Origin: Porticoccaceae bacterium
GTDB lineage: Bacteria; Pseudomonadota; Gammaproteobacteria; Pseudomonadales; Porticoccaceae
Direction: 5' to 3'
Length of the DNA stretch: 64,000 nucleotides
NCBI GenBank assembly: GCA_028822155.1
Contig: JAPKEJ010000008.1
Location: 432 to 64,431 of the forward strand
A program made the position numbers and the translations under genes. Below the pieces are notes generated by a model. It was not told where the DNA came from, made no database searches, and saw only the letters and a list, made by a program, of their open reading frames with translations. Shown one piece after another: positions 17,215-27,263 of the stretch (position 1 is its first letter; every line of letters starts with the position of its first letter).

Positions 17215-20061
17215 ATGTTGGAATTTTACGAACCTCAGCCAGATTTTGGAACGCCGCAGAGTGATAGCGAAACGCTAGTGACTCTGACTATCGATGGTAT
17301 CTCAGTGACCGTGCCAGAGGGTACGTCTGTTATGCGGGCAGCGTCTGAGGGTGGAGTAAAAGTCCCTCGTTTATGCGCGACCGACTCGCTGAAGTCGTTT
17401 GGTTCTTGTCGTATTTGTTTGGTCGAAATTGAAGGGCGTCGTGGCTTCCCAGCCTCTTGTACGACTACTGTGACAGATGGGATGGAGGTGCGAACCCAAT
17501 CTGAAGAGATTGGCAAATTGCGCCGTAACGTCATGGAATTATATATTTCTGACCATCCGCTAGATTGCCTAACCTGCCCGACTAATGGTGACTGTGAATT
17601 ACAGGATACTGCCGGCGAAGTTGGCCTACGTGCTGTCCGTTATGGTTTTGAGGGCGAAAATCATTTGATCGCTGAAAAAGATGAATCGAACCCTTACTTC
17701 ACCTTTGATGCGTCCAAATGCATTGTGTGCTCTCGGTGCGTTCGTGCCTGTGACGAGGTTCAGGGAACGTTTGCTTTAACGATTGATGGTCGTGGCTTTG
17801 GATCTAAAGTCAGCGCAGGTCAGGCAGAATCATTCATGGACTCTGATTGCGTGTCCTGTGGCGCCTGTGTTGATGCTTGCCCAACGGCTACATTAACCGA
17901 AAAGAGTATTATTGAAGCCGGCAAGCCAGAGCATTCAGTGGTGACTACCTGTGCTTATTGCGGTGTTGGCTGCTCATTTAAAGCAGAGATGAAGGGCAAC
18001 GAAGTTGTCCGTATGACGCCCTATAAAGATGGTAAAGCTAACGAAGGCCATGCCTGCGTTAAGGGTCGTTTTGCCTTCGGCTATGCGACTCACAAAGATC
18101 GTATTACTAAGCCAATGATTCGAGAAAGTATTGATGATCCATGGCGTGAAGTGTCCTGGGACGAAGCGGTAACCTATACAGCAGAGCGCTTTAAAGCTAT
18201 TCAGGCAAAGTATGGGCGTATTAGTATCGGAGCAATATCCTCTTCTCGCTGCACTAATGAAGAGGTTTATTTAGTACAAAAAATGGTACGTACTGGTTTT
18301 GGTAATAACAATATTGATACCTGTGCTCGAGTTTGTCACTCACCCACTGGTTTTGGGCTTAAGACTACGCTGGGCGAGTCTGCGGGCACGCAAACATTTG
18401 CTTCGGTTGCCAAATCTGATGTTGTGATTGTAATGGGAGCTAACCCGACTGAGGCGCATCCTGTATTTGCCTCTCGATTGAAGAGGAGGCTTAGAGAAGG
18501 CGCCAAACTGATCGTTATTGATCCGCGGCAGATTGCGCTCGTTAGCTCGCCTCACGTGAAAGCTGACTACCATTTACCTGTTCGTCCTGGCACGAATGTC
18601 ACCGTACTAAACGCGTTAGCCCATGTCATCGTTAATGAAGGGCTTCAAGCTCATGACTATATTGCTGAGCGATGTGAAACCGCCGATTTTGAGAAATGGG
18701 TGCAATTTATTGCTGATGAGCGTCATTCCCCCGAAGATACCGAGCAGTATAGCGGTGTACCAGCGGCTGATTTGCGCGCTGCGGCTCGTTTGTATGCAAC
18801 CGGAGGCAATGGGGCGATTTTCTATGGTCTTGGTGTAACCGAACATAGTCAAGGATCTACTGCGGTGATGGCGATTGCTAATTTGGCAATGTTGACGGGT
18901 AATCTTGGTCGAGAAGGCGTAGGTGTTAACCCACTTCGTGGTCAAAATAATGTGCAGGGCTCCTGTGACATGGGCTCGTTCCCACATGAATTGCCAGGCT
19001 ATAGGCATATCTCAAATATTGCTACTCGCCAGCTTTTTGAAGGCGAGTGGGGTGTGACTCTTGACCCCGAGCCGGGCTTGCGAATTCCCAACATGTTCGA
19101 TGCTGCGATTGACGGTGATTTTAAAGGTCTCTATTGTCAGGGCGAAGATATTGCTCAGTCAGATCCCAATACGCAGCATGTTGAGGCGGCACTGAAGGCC
19201 ATTGAATGTCTTGTGGTGCAGGATATCTTTTTAAATGAAACGGCTAAGTTTGCCCATGTATTTTTACCAGGAGCCTCGTTTCTAGAGAAGGATGGTACCT
19301 TTACCAATGCTGAGAGGCGTATTTCTCGTGTTCGTAAAACTATGCCGCCCCTCAGCGGGAAAGCTGATTGGGAAGGCACTATGGCGCTAGCGAATGCTTT
19401 GGGCTGTGATATGCACTATAACCATCCATCGGAAATCATGGATGAGATTGCCAAACTAACGCCAACGTTTAGTGGGGTTTCGTATAAGAAACTTGATGAA
19501 TTGGGCAGTATCCAGTGGCCCTGTAATGACCATACGCCAGCAGGCACCCCTATTATGCATGTCGACGAATTTGTCAGGGGCAAAGGCTTCTTTGCTATCA
19601 CTGAATATGTGCCGACTGAGGAGCGTGCGAATCGGAAGTTTCCATTATTACTCACTACAGGTCGTATATTGTCGCAATATAATGTGGGAGCGCAGACCAG
19701 GCGCACCAGCAATAGCGAATGGCATACCGAGGATACTCTAGAAATTCATCCTCATGACGCTGAAGAACGCGGAATAAATCATGGTGATTGGGTTGGAATT
19801 CAAAGTCGAGTAGGACAAACGGTGTTACATGCTGACGTAACTAGTCGCGTAAAACCAGGTGTTGTCTACACAACTTTTCACCACCCAGTATCGGGTGCTA
19901 ACGTGATAACCACTGACAACAGCGATTGGGCAACTAATTGTCCAGAGTATAAAGTCACGGCAGTCCAAATTAGTAAGGTGACGGCGCCCTCTAGTTGGCA
20001 AGCCAGACAAAAAAGTTTTGATACTCAGCAGCTACAGTTGCTAGAGAAAGCCAGGCACTAA
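17215..20061 (+). CDS. fdsA: NAD-dependent formate dehydrogenase alpha subunit (Mo-bis-MGD, Cys ligand)
   Basis: Several Fe-S motifs, CARVCH active site, LRGQNNVQG, PEYK. Likely start MLEFY at 17215. Confidence 0.95.
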   Translation: MLEFYEPQPDFGTPQSDSETLVTLTIDGISVTVPEGTSVMRAASEGGVKVPRLCATDSLKSFGSCRICLVEIEGRRGFPASCTTTVTDGMEVRTQSEEIGKLRRNVMELYISDHPLDCLTCPTNGDCELQDTAGEVGLRAVRYGFEGENHLIAEKDESNPYFTFDASKCIVCSRCVRACDEVQGTFALTIDGRGFGSKVSAGQAESFMDSDCVSCGACVDACPTATLTEKSIIEAGKPEHSVVTTCAYCGVGCSFKAEMKGNEVVRMTPYKDGKANEGHACVKGRFAFGYATHKDRITKPMIRESIDDPWREVSWDEAVTYTAERFKAIQAKYGRISIGAISSSRCTNEEVYLVQKMVRTGFGNNNIDTCARVCHSPTGFGLKTTLGESAGTQTFASVAKSDVVIVMGANPTEAHPVFASRLKRRLREGAKLIVIDPRQIALVSSPHVKADYHLPVRPGTNVTVLNALAHVIVNEGLQAHDYIAERCETADFEKWVQFIADERHSPEDTEQYSGVPAADLRAAARLYATGGNGAIFYGLGVTEHSQGSTAVMAIANLAMLTGNLGREGVGVNPLRGQNNVQGSCDMGSFPHELPGYRHISNIATRQLFEGEWGVTLDPEPGLRIPNMFDAAIDGDFKGLYCQGEDIAQSDPNTQHVEAALKAIECLVVQDIFLNETAKFAHVFLPGASFLEKDGTFTNAERRISRVRKTMPPLSGKADWEGTMALANALGCDMHYNHPSEIMDEIAKLTPTFSGVSYKKLDELGSIQWPCNDHTPAGTPIMHVDEFVRGKGFFAITEYVPTEERANRKFPLLLTTGRILSQYNVGAQTRRTSNSEWHTEDTLEIHPHDAEERGINHGDWVGIQSRVGQTVLHADVTSRVKPGVVYTTFHHPVSGANVITTDNSDWATNCPEYKVTAVQISKVTAPSSWQARQKSFDTQQLQLLEKARH

Positions 20062-20873
20062 TGACTAAGTCAATCCATCCAGATAGCCGTGTCAAAAGGC
20101 AGATATGGCTGGACGGGGAGATATCCTCAGGTGACGACCAGGTCGCTACTGAGACGGCAGTGGCACTGGTGTACAACGGCGTTTCCCATGTGGTGATGAT
20201 GGCCACACCTGCCGATTTGGAAGATTTTGCTGTTGGTTTTAGTCTAAGTGAAGGGATTCTATCCAGTGCTAGGCAACTGTTAGATGTTGAGGAAAAGTGG
20301 ACAGGCATAGGTGTTGAGCTTGGACTGACGATTGCGGCTGAAGCGTTTGTTGGGCTAAAAGAGCGCCGTCGCAACCTTACTGGCCGAACTGGATGTGGGC
20401 TGTGCGGAGCAGAATCATTAGAACAAGCCATTCCCAAGCCAACGCTTATAACCAACGATCTGGAGATTACTCATCAAGCGATACAACTCGCCATAGGTCA
20501 GTTGGTGGATTTGCAGTCTTTGCAGAAAAAAACCGGTGCGGTTCATGGTGCCGCTTGGTGTAACCTAGATGGGAGCATTGCGATGGTGCGCGAAGATGTG
20601 GGTCGGCATAATGCTTTGGACAAACTTTTGGGCGCTATGGCACGAAATGGTTTTGACCACGATGGTTTCGTGCTGGTAACGAGTCGAGCGAGTTATGAGA
20701 TGGTCGCAAAAACGGCCAGCGCCAATATTTGTGTGCTGGCTGCGGTTTCAGCCCCGACATCCCTTGCCATTAATCTGGCGGAGCAGTGCGGTCTTAGTTT
20801 GATTGGCTTTTCCAGACCAGGTAGGCATGTTATTTATTCAAATGAGCAAAGGCTAGTAGGTGAATCGCAATGA
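20061..20873 (+). CDS. fdhD: Formate dehydrogenase accessory sulfurtransferase FdhD/FdsC
   Basis: TGCGLCG, EDVGRHNALDK, TSRAS. Confidence 0.95.
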   Translation: MTKSIHPDSRVKRQIWLDGEISSGDDQVATETAVALVYNGVSHVVMMATPADLEDFAVGFSLSEGILSSARQLLDVEEKWTGIGVELGLTIAAEAFVGLKERRRNLTGRTGCGLCGAESLEQAIPKPTLITNDLEITHQAIQLAIGQLVDLQSLQKKTGAVHGAAWCNLDGSIAMVREDVGRHNALDKLLGAMARNGFDHDGFVLVTSRASYEMVAKTASANICVLAAVSAPTSLAINLAEQCGLSLIGFSRPGRHVIYSNEQRLVGESQ

Positions 20874-21106
20874 GTGCATCAAAAATCGAACGATTGGTCA
20901 AAATGGTCAATCAAATTTCACTCAATATGAGCTCCAACGGATCTGCAGATTTTGTTGCCATGCAAGTCTCGGAGCACTTAGAAAAGTTCTGGTCGCCACC
21001 GATGAAAAATCTAATCAGTGAGCACATAGCTGACGATGGTATCGGACTCACGCCCATTTCTCTTAAAGCCGTGACTGAGCTTGCGGCTGTCCAAAGAGCA
21101 AAATAA
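20870..21106 (+). CDS. fdsD: Formate dehydrogenase delta subunit
   Basis: LVKMVNQI and HLEKFWSPPM, last gene of the fds operon. Confidence 0.9.
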   Translation: MSASKIERLVKMVNQISLNMSSNGSADFVAMQVSEHLEKFWSPPMKNLISEHIADDGIGLTPISLKAVTELAAVQRAK

Positions 21107-21111
21107 TACCC

Positions 21112-21138
21112 TAGTCAAGACGCCAGCGTCGACTGACT
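21112..21138. terminator. Hairpin between converging fdsD and sulfatase genes
   Basis: agtca-a-gacg-ccag-cgtc-gac-tgact. No clear U-tract. Confidence 0.3.
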
Positions 21139-21149
21139 AACATGGCAAA

Positions 21150-22643
21150 TCACTCACTAAACTGACTGTCTAAAATTGATGGTTTCACTGGCATCGATCG
21201 TTGAAATTCGGTTGCGTATTGCATAATTTTTGCGGCGATGGTGGGATCTTTTTCGGATATGTCTATTGTTTCTCCGATGTCATTTATTAGATCGATCAGC
21301 ATTGGTGAGTCGTGGACTTTCCTTTCAGGAGGCCTACCATACGCACCTTGAGTTATATAATGTATTTTGTGATCTTTCAGACGAAAAGCGCGTAATTCTG
21401 AGCCGCTATAAAAGGGTACAAATGAACGTGGGCTCGCCTTATGGTGTTTGAGTGTGGCGCTAAGATCCAAACTATCAGTTACAGTTCTAGACTTCTCAAA
21501 GCCGGCGAGTTGAGAAAAGGTAGCATAGAGGTCTGTTTGCATGCCTAAGTCATTAATGACGCCATGTTCAATTCCAGGCCCACTAAAGAGGGTCATTACA
21601 CGCATACCGCCTTCAAAGGTTGTTGCTTTGCCGTTTCTGAGCGGCTTGGCCGAGCCGGCATGGTCTCCAAAGTTGAGCCAGGGCCCATTGTCACTGGTAA
21701 AGACGATATAGGTGTTCTTGTCGATCGCCAACTCCTTCACGGCAGTGAGAATTTTCCCCACACTCCAGTCGATCTCTTCAATAACGTCACCATATATACC
21801 TCTTTGACTCTTGCCCTCAAATTTAGGGGATCTAAATAGGGGCACGTGGGGCATGCTATGGGAAAGGTAGAGAAAGAATGGCTTCTTAGCTTTAACAGAT
21901 TCATGCATAAACCGGACTGACTCGCGTGTGTATCGCTGGGTAATTAAGTTTTGATTTGCCGGCCGCTCCAGTTCAATATCGTTGAATGAGCCATTGAGTT
22001 GTCGTTGGCTAAAGATAAGAGGGACCTGCCAATCATTGATATCAGGGTTGAATATTTGTTTTCGTACTTTTGGGTAAACTTGCCTATATTTTTCAGCAGC
22101 GTCTTGGGGAGGAGTAAAAATATTACTCAAATTGATGCCATCCACTTCCCAGTCCATGTCATTGGAGTAGGGGATTCCAATCCATTCGTCAAAGCCATGC
22201 CTGGTTGGGTAATAGGTTTTAGCATCGCCTAGATGCCATTTTCCAAACATTCCAGTGGCGTATTGGTGATCTTGAAAGACCTCAGCGATGGTCTTCTCGC
22301 TGTGGGGCATACCTCTTTTACTGCCGGGAAAAAACACGGCCATATTGTCTCCATATAGGCCTGTGCGCACAGGTAGTTTTCCAGTTAACAGCGCGCCTCG
22401 ACTTGGCGTGCAAACAGGTGCGCTAGCATAAAAATTGGTCCATGCTTGGCCAGTCTGCGCAAGTAAATCAATTGAAGGCGTCTTTATCAATGGGTTGCCA
22501 TAGGGACCTGCATCTGCGTAGCCCATGTCGTCGGTATAGATGATAATGAAGTTTGGTTGGCCCGTTATATCTGTGTTCTGTGCGCCTTGAGCTAAGCAGC
22601 TGATTGTAATTAACAAGATGGGAATAATTTGCTTGAGATGCAT
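21150..22643 (-). CDS. Secreted Cys-type S1 sulfatase (arylsulfatase A/GALNS-like)
   Basis: Signal peptide, IYTDDMG, CTPSRGALLTG (CxPxR), GKWHLG, FTSDNGP. Confidence 0.92.
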   Translation of the reverse strand: MHLKQIIPILLITISCLAQGAQNTDITGQPNFIIIYTDDMGYADAGPYGNPLIKTPSIDLLAQTGQAWTNFYASAPVCTPSRGALLTGKLPVRTGLYGDNMAVFFPGSKRGMPHSEKTIAEVFQDHQYATGMFGKWHLGDAKTYYPTRHGFDEWIGIPYSNDMDWEVDGINLSNIFTPPQDAAEKYRQVYPKVRKQIFNPDINDWQVPLIFSQRQLNGSFNDIELERPANQNLITQRYTRESVRFMHESVKAKKPFFLYLSHSMPHVPLFRSPKFEGKSQRGIYGDVIEEIDWSVGKILTAVKELAIDKNTYIVFTSDNGPWLNFGDHAGSAKPLRNGKATTFEGGMRVMTLFSGPGIEHGVINDLGMQTDLYATFSQLAGFEKSRTVTDSLDLSATLKHHKASPRSFVPFYSGSELRAFRLKDHKIHYITQGAYGRPPERKVHDSPMLIDLINDIGETIDISEKDPTIAAKIMQYATEFQRSMPVKPSILDSQFSE

Positions 22644-22828
22644 ACTTAACTGGCCTTCTACAGGGGATGGGTGCGTTAATATTGCTCAAAAGCTTATCAT
22701 TCAGGTAGTCTTAGTGCTAGGTGAAAACGGGCTTAAAGGATTAATACATATGCCCTTCAACAAATTTTTGAGATACTGTTGTCCAGACTGGCAGCTAACG
22801 TTTAATTTTCGATTGAAAGGTACTAACA

Positions 22829-23323
22829 ATGACCAAAATGACGCATCTAAATAGCCTCGGTGAAGCGCATATGGTTGATATATCGGCTAAGCAAGATACT
22901 GCTCGGAGCGCTCTCGCCGAAGCACGAGTAGAACTGACCGATGCGATTGTAGCCGCGGTCCAGGAAGATCATTTGCCGAAAGGTGATTTGTTCGCCACCG
23001 TGCGTATTGCTGGAATTCAAGCGGCTAAAAAATGCAGTGATTTGATTCCCTTATGTCATCCACTGCCGTTAAGTAAAATTACCATCGACATTCGATTGGA
23101 GGGTAATCTTTTGATCATAAAGGCCTTGTGCAAAACGACGGGTAAGACCGGTGTTGAGATGGAAGCATTGACTGCCGCTTCAGTCGCAGCACTGACAGTC
23201 TACGATATGTGCAAGGGCATTGATAAAGGTATGGTCATTCGAGAGACTAGATTGTTAGAAAAATCTGGTGGTAAATCTGGCATTTGGCAAGCAGACGACA
23301 CAGGGGCTTCCAGGGGTGATTGA
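22829..23323 (+). CDS. moaC: Cyclic pyranopterin monophosphate synthase MoaC
   Basis: [33 protein letters not shown]. Confidence 0.96.
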   Translation: MTKMTHLNSLGEAHMVDISAKQDTARSALAEARVELTDAIVAAVQEDHLPKGDLFATVRIAGIQAAKKCSDLIPLCHPLPLSKITIDIRLEGNLLIIKALCKTTGKTGVEMEALTAASVAALTVYDMCKGIDKGMVIRETRLLEKSGGKSGIWQADDTGASRGD

Positions 23324-23567
23324 TCTTTTATTTTTTGGGCGTCTAGGAGACCTTGCTGGTGAGGTGGACCGTTCTGTCTCTTGTATTGAGAGTCGAGCAA
23401 CGCCGTTAGCCATTCGTGAGTGGCTAGCCTTAGATCATCAGAGCCTAGCGAAGGAATTATGTGAGCCTCAGGTCTTAGTGTCCGTGAATAAGATGATTGT
23501 TAAATGGGATCAACCGCTTTTCGATGGCGACGAGGTCGCATTTTTGCCACCGGTGACTGGGGGTTAG
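23316..23567 (+). CDS. moaD: Molybdopterin synthase sulfur carrier
   Basis: C-terminal [14 protein letters not shown]. Likely GTG start (IDLLFFG) overlapping the moaC stop. Confidence 0.92.
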   Translation: MIDLLFFGRLGDLAGEVDRSVSCIESRATPLAIREWLALDHQSLAKELCEPQVLVSVNKMIVKWDQPLFDGDEVAFLPPVTGG

Positions 23568-23572
23568 ATACT

Positions 23573-24064
23573 GTGACTGATCTGGTCTGCGTACAAACTG
23601 ACGACTTTGATTTAGCTGGCGAGTATCGACGCTTACGCGATATTAGTTCGCGAGTGGGCGCAGTAGTAACCTTTTGCGGATTAGTCCGAGATTTCGAATC
23701 TAGTGCGTCAGACATTGATCCAGATGCGCCTATTAACAACCTGACTCTTCAGCACTACCCTGGAATGACAGAAGCATTGCTCGCTGACATTATTGCACAA
23801 GCAAAAACCCGTTGGACACTTTACGGAGTGACTGTTATTCATCGAATCGGCACCTTGGCGCCTAATGATCAGATAGTCTTTGTTGGTGTGGCGACGGAGC
23901 ACCGCAAACAAGCTTTTGATGCCGCCCAGTTTTTGATGGACTATCTGAAAACTCAGGCGACTTTTTGGAAGAAGGTAACAGCTGACGGTAAAGAGCAGTG
24001 GTTAGATACTAAAGGCTCTGATAATGATGCCGTGGCAGAGTGGGGCAAGTCCAGGGATGATTAA
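23573..24064 (+). CDS. moaE: Molybdopterin synthase catalytic subunit
   Basis: GAVVTFCGLVR, HYPGMT, IHRIG, MDYLKT.A.FWKK. Likely GTG start at 23573. Confidence 0.93.
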   Translation: MTDLVCVQTDDFDLAGEYRRLRDISSRVGAVVTFCGLVRDFESSASDIDPDAPINNLTLQHYPGMTEALLADIIAQAKTRWTLYGVTVIHRIGTLAPNDQIVFVGVATEHRKQAFDAAQFLMDYLKTQATFWKKVTADGKEQWLDTKGSDNDAVAEWGKSRDD

Positions 24065-24653
24065 TGTCGACGCGGTCATTCTCGCAGCGGGTCGATCGAG
24101 TCGTATGGGAGTTGCTAGCAAGGCCCTGCTGCCCTTAAATGATTTATCTCTGTTAGATCATGTCATTAAACGACTAGCGCCACAGGTTGATTCTTTGATT
24201 GTTAGCGGCGATCAAACATTATTGGACAATCTGGAGTATCCGGTGATTGAAGACCTCACCGTCAAGTTTTCAGGTCCCTTAGCGGGGTTGTATAGTGCGT
24301 TAGTCTCTTCTCATCTATCGGATGCTGAATATCTTATGGTTGTCCCCTGTGACGGCCCCCTGGCACCTGAGTCTTTGGTTGCTGAATTATATCGAGTGAT
24401 TAGAGATGCTGATGCTGATGTGGCTTGTGTTCGCTACGACGGTGTTGTTCAGGGTACTTTCTCTCTATGGCACAAACGGCAAGTGGATAGAATCAAGAAT
24501 GCACTTTTAGTTGAAAAATATGGCGGGTTTAAGCCTTTAATGCGAGCACTGGATACGGCTTATCTAGATTGGCCAGAGCAATCAGTCAATCCATTCTTTA
24601 ATATTAATACGCCTGATGATCTTAAAAAGGCAGAGAAATTACTAAATATTTAG
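24057..24653 (+). CDS. mobA: Molybdenum cofactor nucleotidyltransferase (MobA-like)
   Basis: ILAAGRSSRMG, GPLAGL, VPCDGP, FFNINTPDDL. Confidence 0.8.
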   Translation: MINVDAVILAAGRSSRMGVASKALLPLNDLSLLDHVIKRLAPQVDSLIVSGDQTLLDNLEYPVIEDLTVKFSGPLAGLYSALVSSHLSDAEYLMVVPCDGPLAPESLVAELYRVIRDADADVACVRYDGVVQGTFSLWHKRQVDRIKNALLVEKYGGFKPLMRALDTAYLDWPEQSVNPFFNINTPDDLKKAEKLLNI

Positions 24654-24697
24654 GCCATTTTCGTGAATATTGCACAGAATAGGAAAGTGTTGATCCC

Positions 24698-25795
24698 ATG
24701 ATAAATAGACATTCACATTATGCACTTTTAGAACATTATCTGTCTGATGAGTCTGATTCCGACTGGGCTTTGGCTACCGTGGTCAATAAAGAGGGCTCCA
24801 GTTATCGATCGCCAGGATCGATCATGATAGTTAACTCCTCTGGCCAATCCTTTGGTTTGGTCAGTGGTGGATGCCTAGAGGCAGATATAGTGATGCGAGC
24901 CAAACGAGTCTTTCATAGCAATATGGCGGCTTATGTTGAATATGATTTGCGCGAAGAAGATTCCTTTGCTGCGGATCTTGGGATCGGTTGCAAAGGTAAA
25001 ATAGGCGTGCTGATTCAAATATTAACCGATAAGCACAAAGCCGTGTTGGAGGTTTTATATTCTCAATTAAAAGCGGGTGAATCCTGCTATTTACTCCAAA
25101 AATTTGAAGGTCAGATGGAATCTTCTGATCTTAATGAAATCACACTATTAGATGCCAATGGCACACCATTAGCGGCAACGAGCGACGCCGGTCACAGTGC
25201 CCTGGCTGAAAGTGCGAAATCCAGTGATCAACATTCCACTTTCTATAGAGATGACTCCAGGTACTCTCTGTCCAGAGTCGATGCTGCTTTTAATTTTTGG
25301 ATTTTTGGAGGTGGAGCCGACGCCCAGCCTCTAGCAACTATGGCTTCCCAGCTAGGGTGGCGAGTTACAGTGGTAGACCATAGAGCGGCTTATGCTAGAG
25401 ATAGTGTTTTTAGGACTGCAGAAACCATCCTTAAAAAAAGACCAGAGGACTTAGATTGCACGATAGAGTGGCCGCCTATAAATGGCGCAATGCTAATGAC
25501 CCACAATTTGGAATTAGATGCGCAGTGGCTAACCTTTTTACATCAGCGTTGCAGCCCCACTTATGTGGGCCTGTTAGGCCCTGTTGAGCGACGAGAAAGC
25601 GTATTGGAATTATCCGAAGTGGCAGATTTGGAATGGCTTGATAAGCATGTGAATGGTCCTGTAGGGCTCGATATAGGGGGAGAGTTGCCAGAGTCTATAG
25701 CGTTATCAATTCTGGCCCAGTGCCATGCGGTTTTGTACGGAGCCAGTGGCGAAGTGTTGAATAAGAGAAGTTATATTCGAATAAACCCTAGCTAA
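24698..25795 (+). CDS. xdhC: XdhC/CoxI family Moco chaperone
   Basis: GSSYRSPG, VSGGCLE, GIGCKG, FGGGADA, MTHN, PVGLDIGGELPESIALSI. Confidence 0.9.
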   Translation: MINRHSHYALLEHYLSDESDSDWALATVVNKEGSSYRSPGSIMIVNSSGQSFGLVSGGCLEADIVMRAKRVFHSNMAAYVEYDLREEDSFAADLGIGCKGKIGVLIQILTDKHKAVLEVLYSQLKAGESCYLLQKFEGQMESSDLNEITLLDANGTPLAATSDAGHSALAESAKSSDQHSTFYRDDSRYSLSRVDAAFNFWIFGGGADAQPLATMASQLGWRVTVVDHRAAYARDSVFRTAETILKKRPEDLDCTIEWPPINGAMLMTHNLELDAQWLTFLHQRCSPTYVGLLGPVERRESVLELSEVADLEWLDKHVNGPVGLDIGGELPESIALSILAQCHAVLYGASGEVLNKRSYIRINPS

Positions 25796-25978
25796 CTGAG
25801 TCAGTTCTAGCGTGCTGGGTATCAATTCCAATGGTGTAATAACAAGTCTATTTTTGCCATAATAGACGCCTCATTGCGGGTTGTTGCTATGAATATAGAG
25901 ATTATGGCTGAGGTTGTGGCCAGTTAGCATTTTGTTCAGCTTGACCCCTCACTGATTAAGATTAAACGAGTAGTTTAT

Positions 25979-26728
25979 ATGCCTTTAAACGATGACGATT
26001 TTATGCGCTATAGCCGGCATCTTTTGATGGGCGACATCGGCGAGTTAGGGCAACAGCGGTTATCAGATTCCAGAGTTTTGATTGTTGGTTTGGGCGGGCT
26101 AGGCTGTCCAGTGGTGCTCTATTTGGCTGCTGCTGGAATTGGGCAGATAGGACTATGTGATCCGGACCGGGTGGATAAAACTAATCTACAGCGTCAGGTT
26201 TTATACAGAACAGACGATTGCGGGAGCCTTAAGGTGGGCTGTGCTAAGCAAGCACTAGAGGCATTGAACCCTGGAGTGACTATTAGTGCGTTTGCACGGC
26301 CAATAGATAAAGAAATACTAGCCGATGGCTATGATTTGGTGGTCGACTGTACGGATAACTTAGCGGCTCGACAGATAATTAACGAAGCATGCTATGCACA
26401 GGGAATTCCCTTTGTGAGTGCGGCGGCGGTAGGGTGGGAAGGCCAGTTAGTGGCTTTTGACTTCAGTCGCTTCAGAAGTCTTTGCTTTAACTGCATTATT
26501 GACCATAATTCAGCGGAACCGATGATGAATTGCGCTAATTCAGGGGTTGTGGGGCCGGTGCTAGGAGTTATGGGAAGTATGCAGGCCACAACGGTGATCA
26601 GGTTGCTGTTAGGCTATTTTAAGCAACATGGGGAAATGACACGCTATGATGGTAAGCGTGGGCGATGGTTGTCGATGCACTGTAGCCGCAACGTGCAATG
26701 CCCAACCTGTGGCGCTGCATCTGACTAG
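25979..26728 (+). CDS. moeB: Molybdopterin-synthase adenylyltransferase (MoeB/ThiF family)
   Basis: RYSRH, GLGGLG, TNLQRQ, DCTDN, CxxC pairs. Located in the Moco cluster. Confidence 0.88.
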   Translation: MPLNDDDFMRYSRHLLMGDIGELGQQRLSDSRVLIVGLGGLGCPVVLYLAAAGIGQIGLCDPDRVDKTNLQRQVLYRTDDCGSLKVGCAKQALEALNPGVTISAFARPIDKEILADGYDLVVDCTDNLAARQIINEACYAQGIPFVSAAAVGWEGQLVAFDFSRFRSLCFNCIIDHNSAEPMMNCANSGVVGPVLGVMGSMQATTVIRLLLGYFKQHGEMTRYDGKRGRWLSMHCSRNVQCPTCGAASD

Positions 26729-26738
26729 GGAATATATT

Positions 26739-27263
26739 ATGAGTAAAAAGACTGTTTCTAAGAGACGATTTATGAAAATAGCGGTACTGACTATTTCTGA
26801 TACACGCACGTTCAAAACCGACAGCTCGGGCTCTTGGTTACAAGAAGCGATTGAGATGGAAGGCCATGAGCTAATAGACCGCAAAATCGTTATAGATGAT
26901 ATTTATCAGATGAGATCTATCGTCTCTAATTGGGTCGCAGATACGAGTGTAGAGGTGATAATTACAACGGGTGGCACTGGGTTCACTGGCCGTGACAGTA
27001 CCCCCGAGGCATTGGCGCCAATTTTCGATAAACACATCGAAGGATTTGGCGAACTTTTTCGTCAATTATCTTATGATGAAATAGGGACGTCTACCGTCCA
27101 GTCTCGGTGTCTTGCCGGACTTGCCAATAGAACGGCCATCTTTTGTTTACCTGGCTCAACTGGAGCCTGCAAGACTGGCTGGAATGGCATTATTCGAGAG
27201 CAGCTAGACAGCACCTTTGAACCCTGCAATTTCGTTCAACATGTTGGGCCGCGGGTCAAGTAA
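26739..27263 (+). CDS. moaB: Molybdenum cofactor biosynthesis protein B
   Basis: [31 protein letters not shown]. Likely start MSKK at 26739. Confidence 0.92.
   Translation: MSKKTVSKRRFMKIAVLTISDTRTFKTDSSGSWLQEAIEMEGHELIDRKIVIDDIYQMRSIVSNWVADTSVEVIITTGGTGFTGRDSTPEALAPIFDKHIEGFGELFRQLSYDEIGTSTVQSRCLAGLANRTAIFCLPGSTGACKTGWNGIIREQLDSTFEPCNFVQHVGPRVK

Noticed and set aside
17215-20061. Selenocysteine formate dehydrogenase
   Set aside because: The active-site motif is CARVCH with a Cys codon, and there is no in-frame TGA.
21150-22643. Choline sulfatase (betC), suggested by the nearby betaine-type genes
   Set aside because: A signal peptide and arylsulfatase A/GALNS-like motifs (GIPYSNDM, SDNGPW) rather than BetC features.
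22644-22828. Moco riboswitch or ModE box upstream of moaC
   Set aside because: I could not recognise the consensus. An Rfam scan would be needed.
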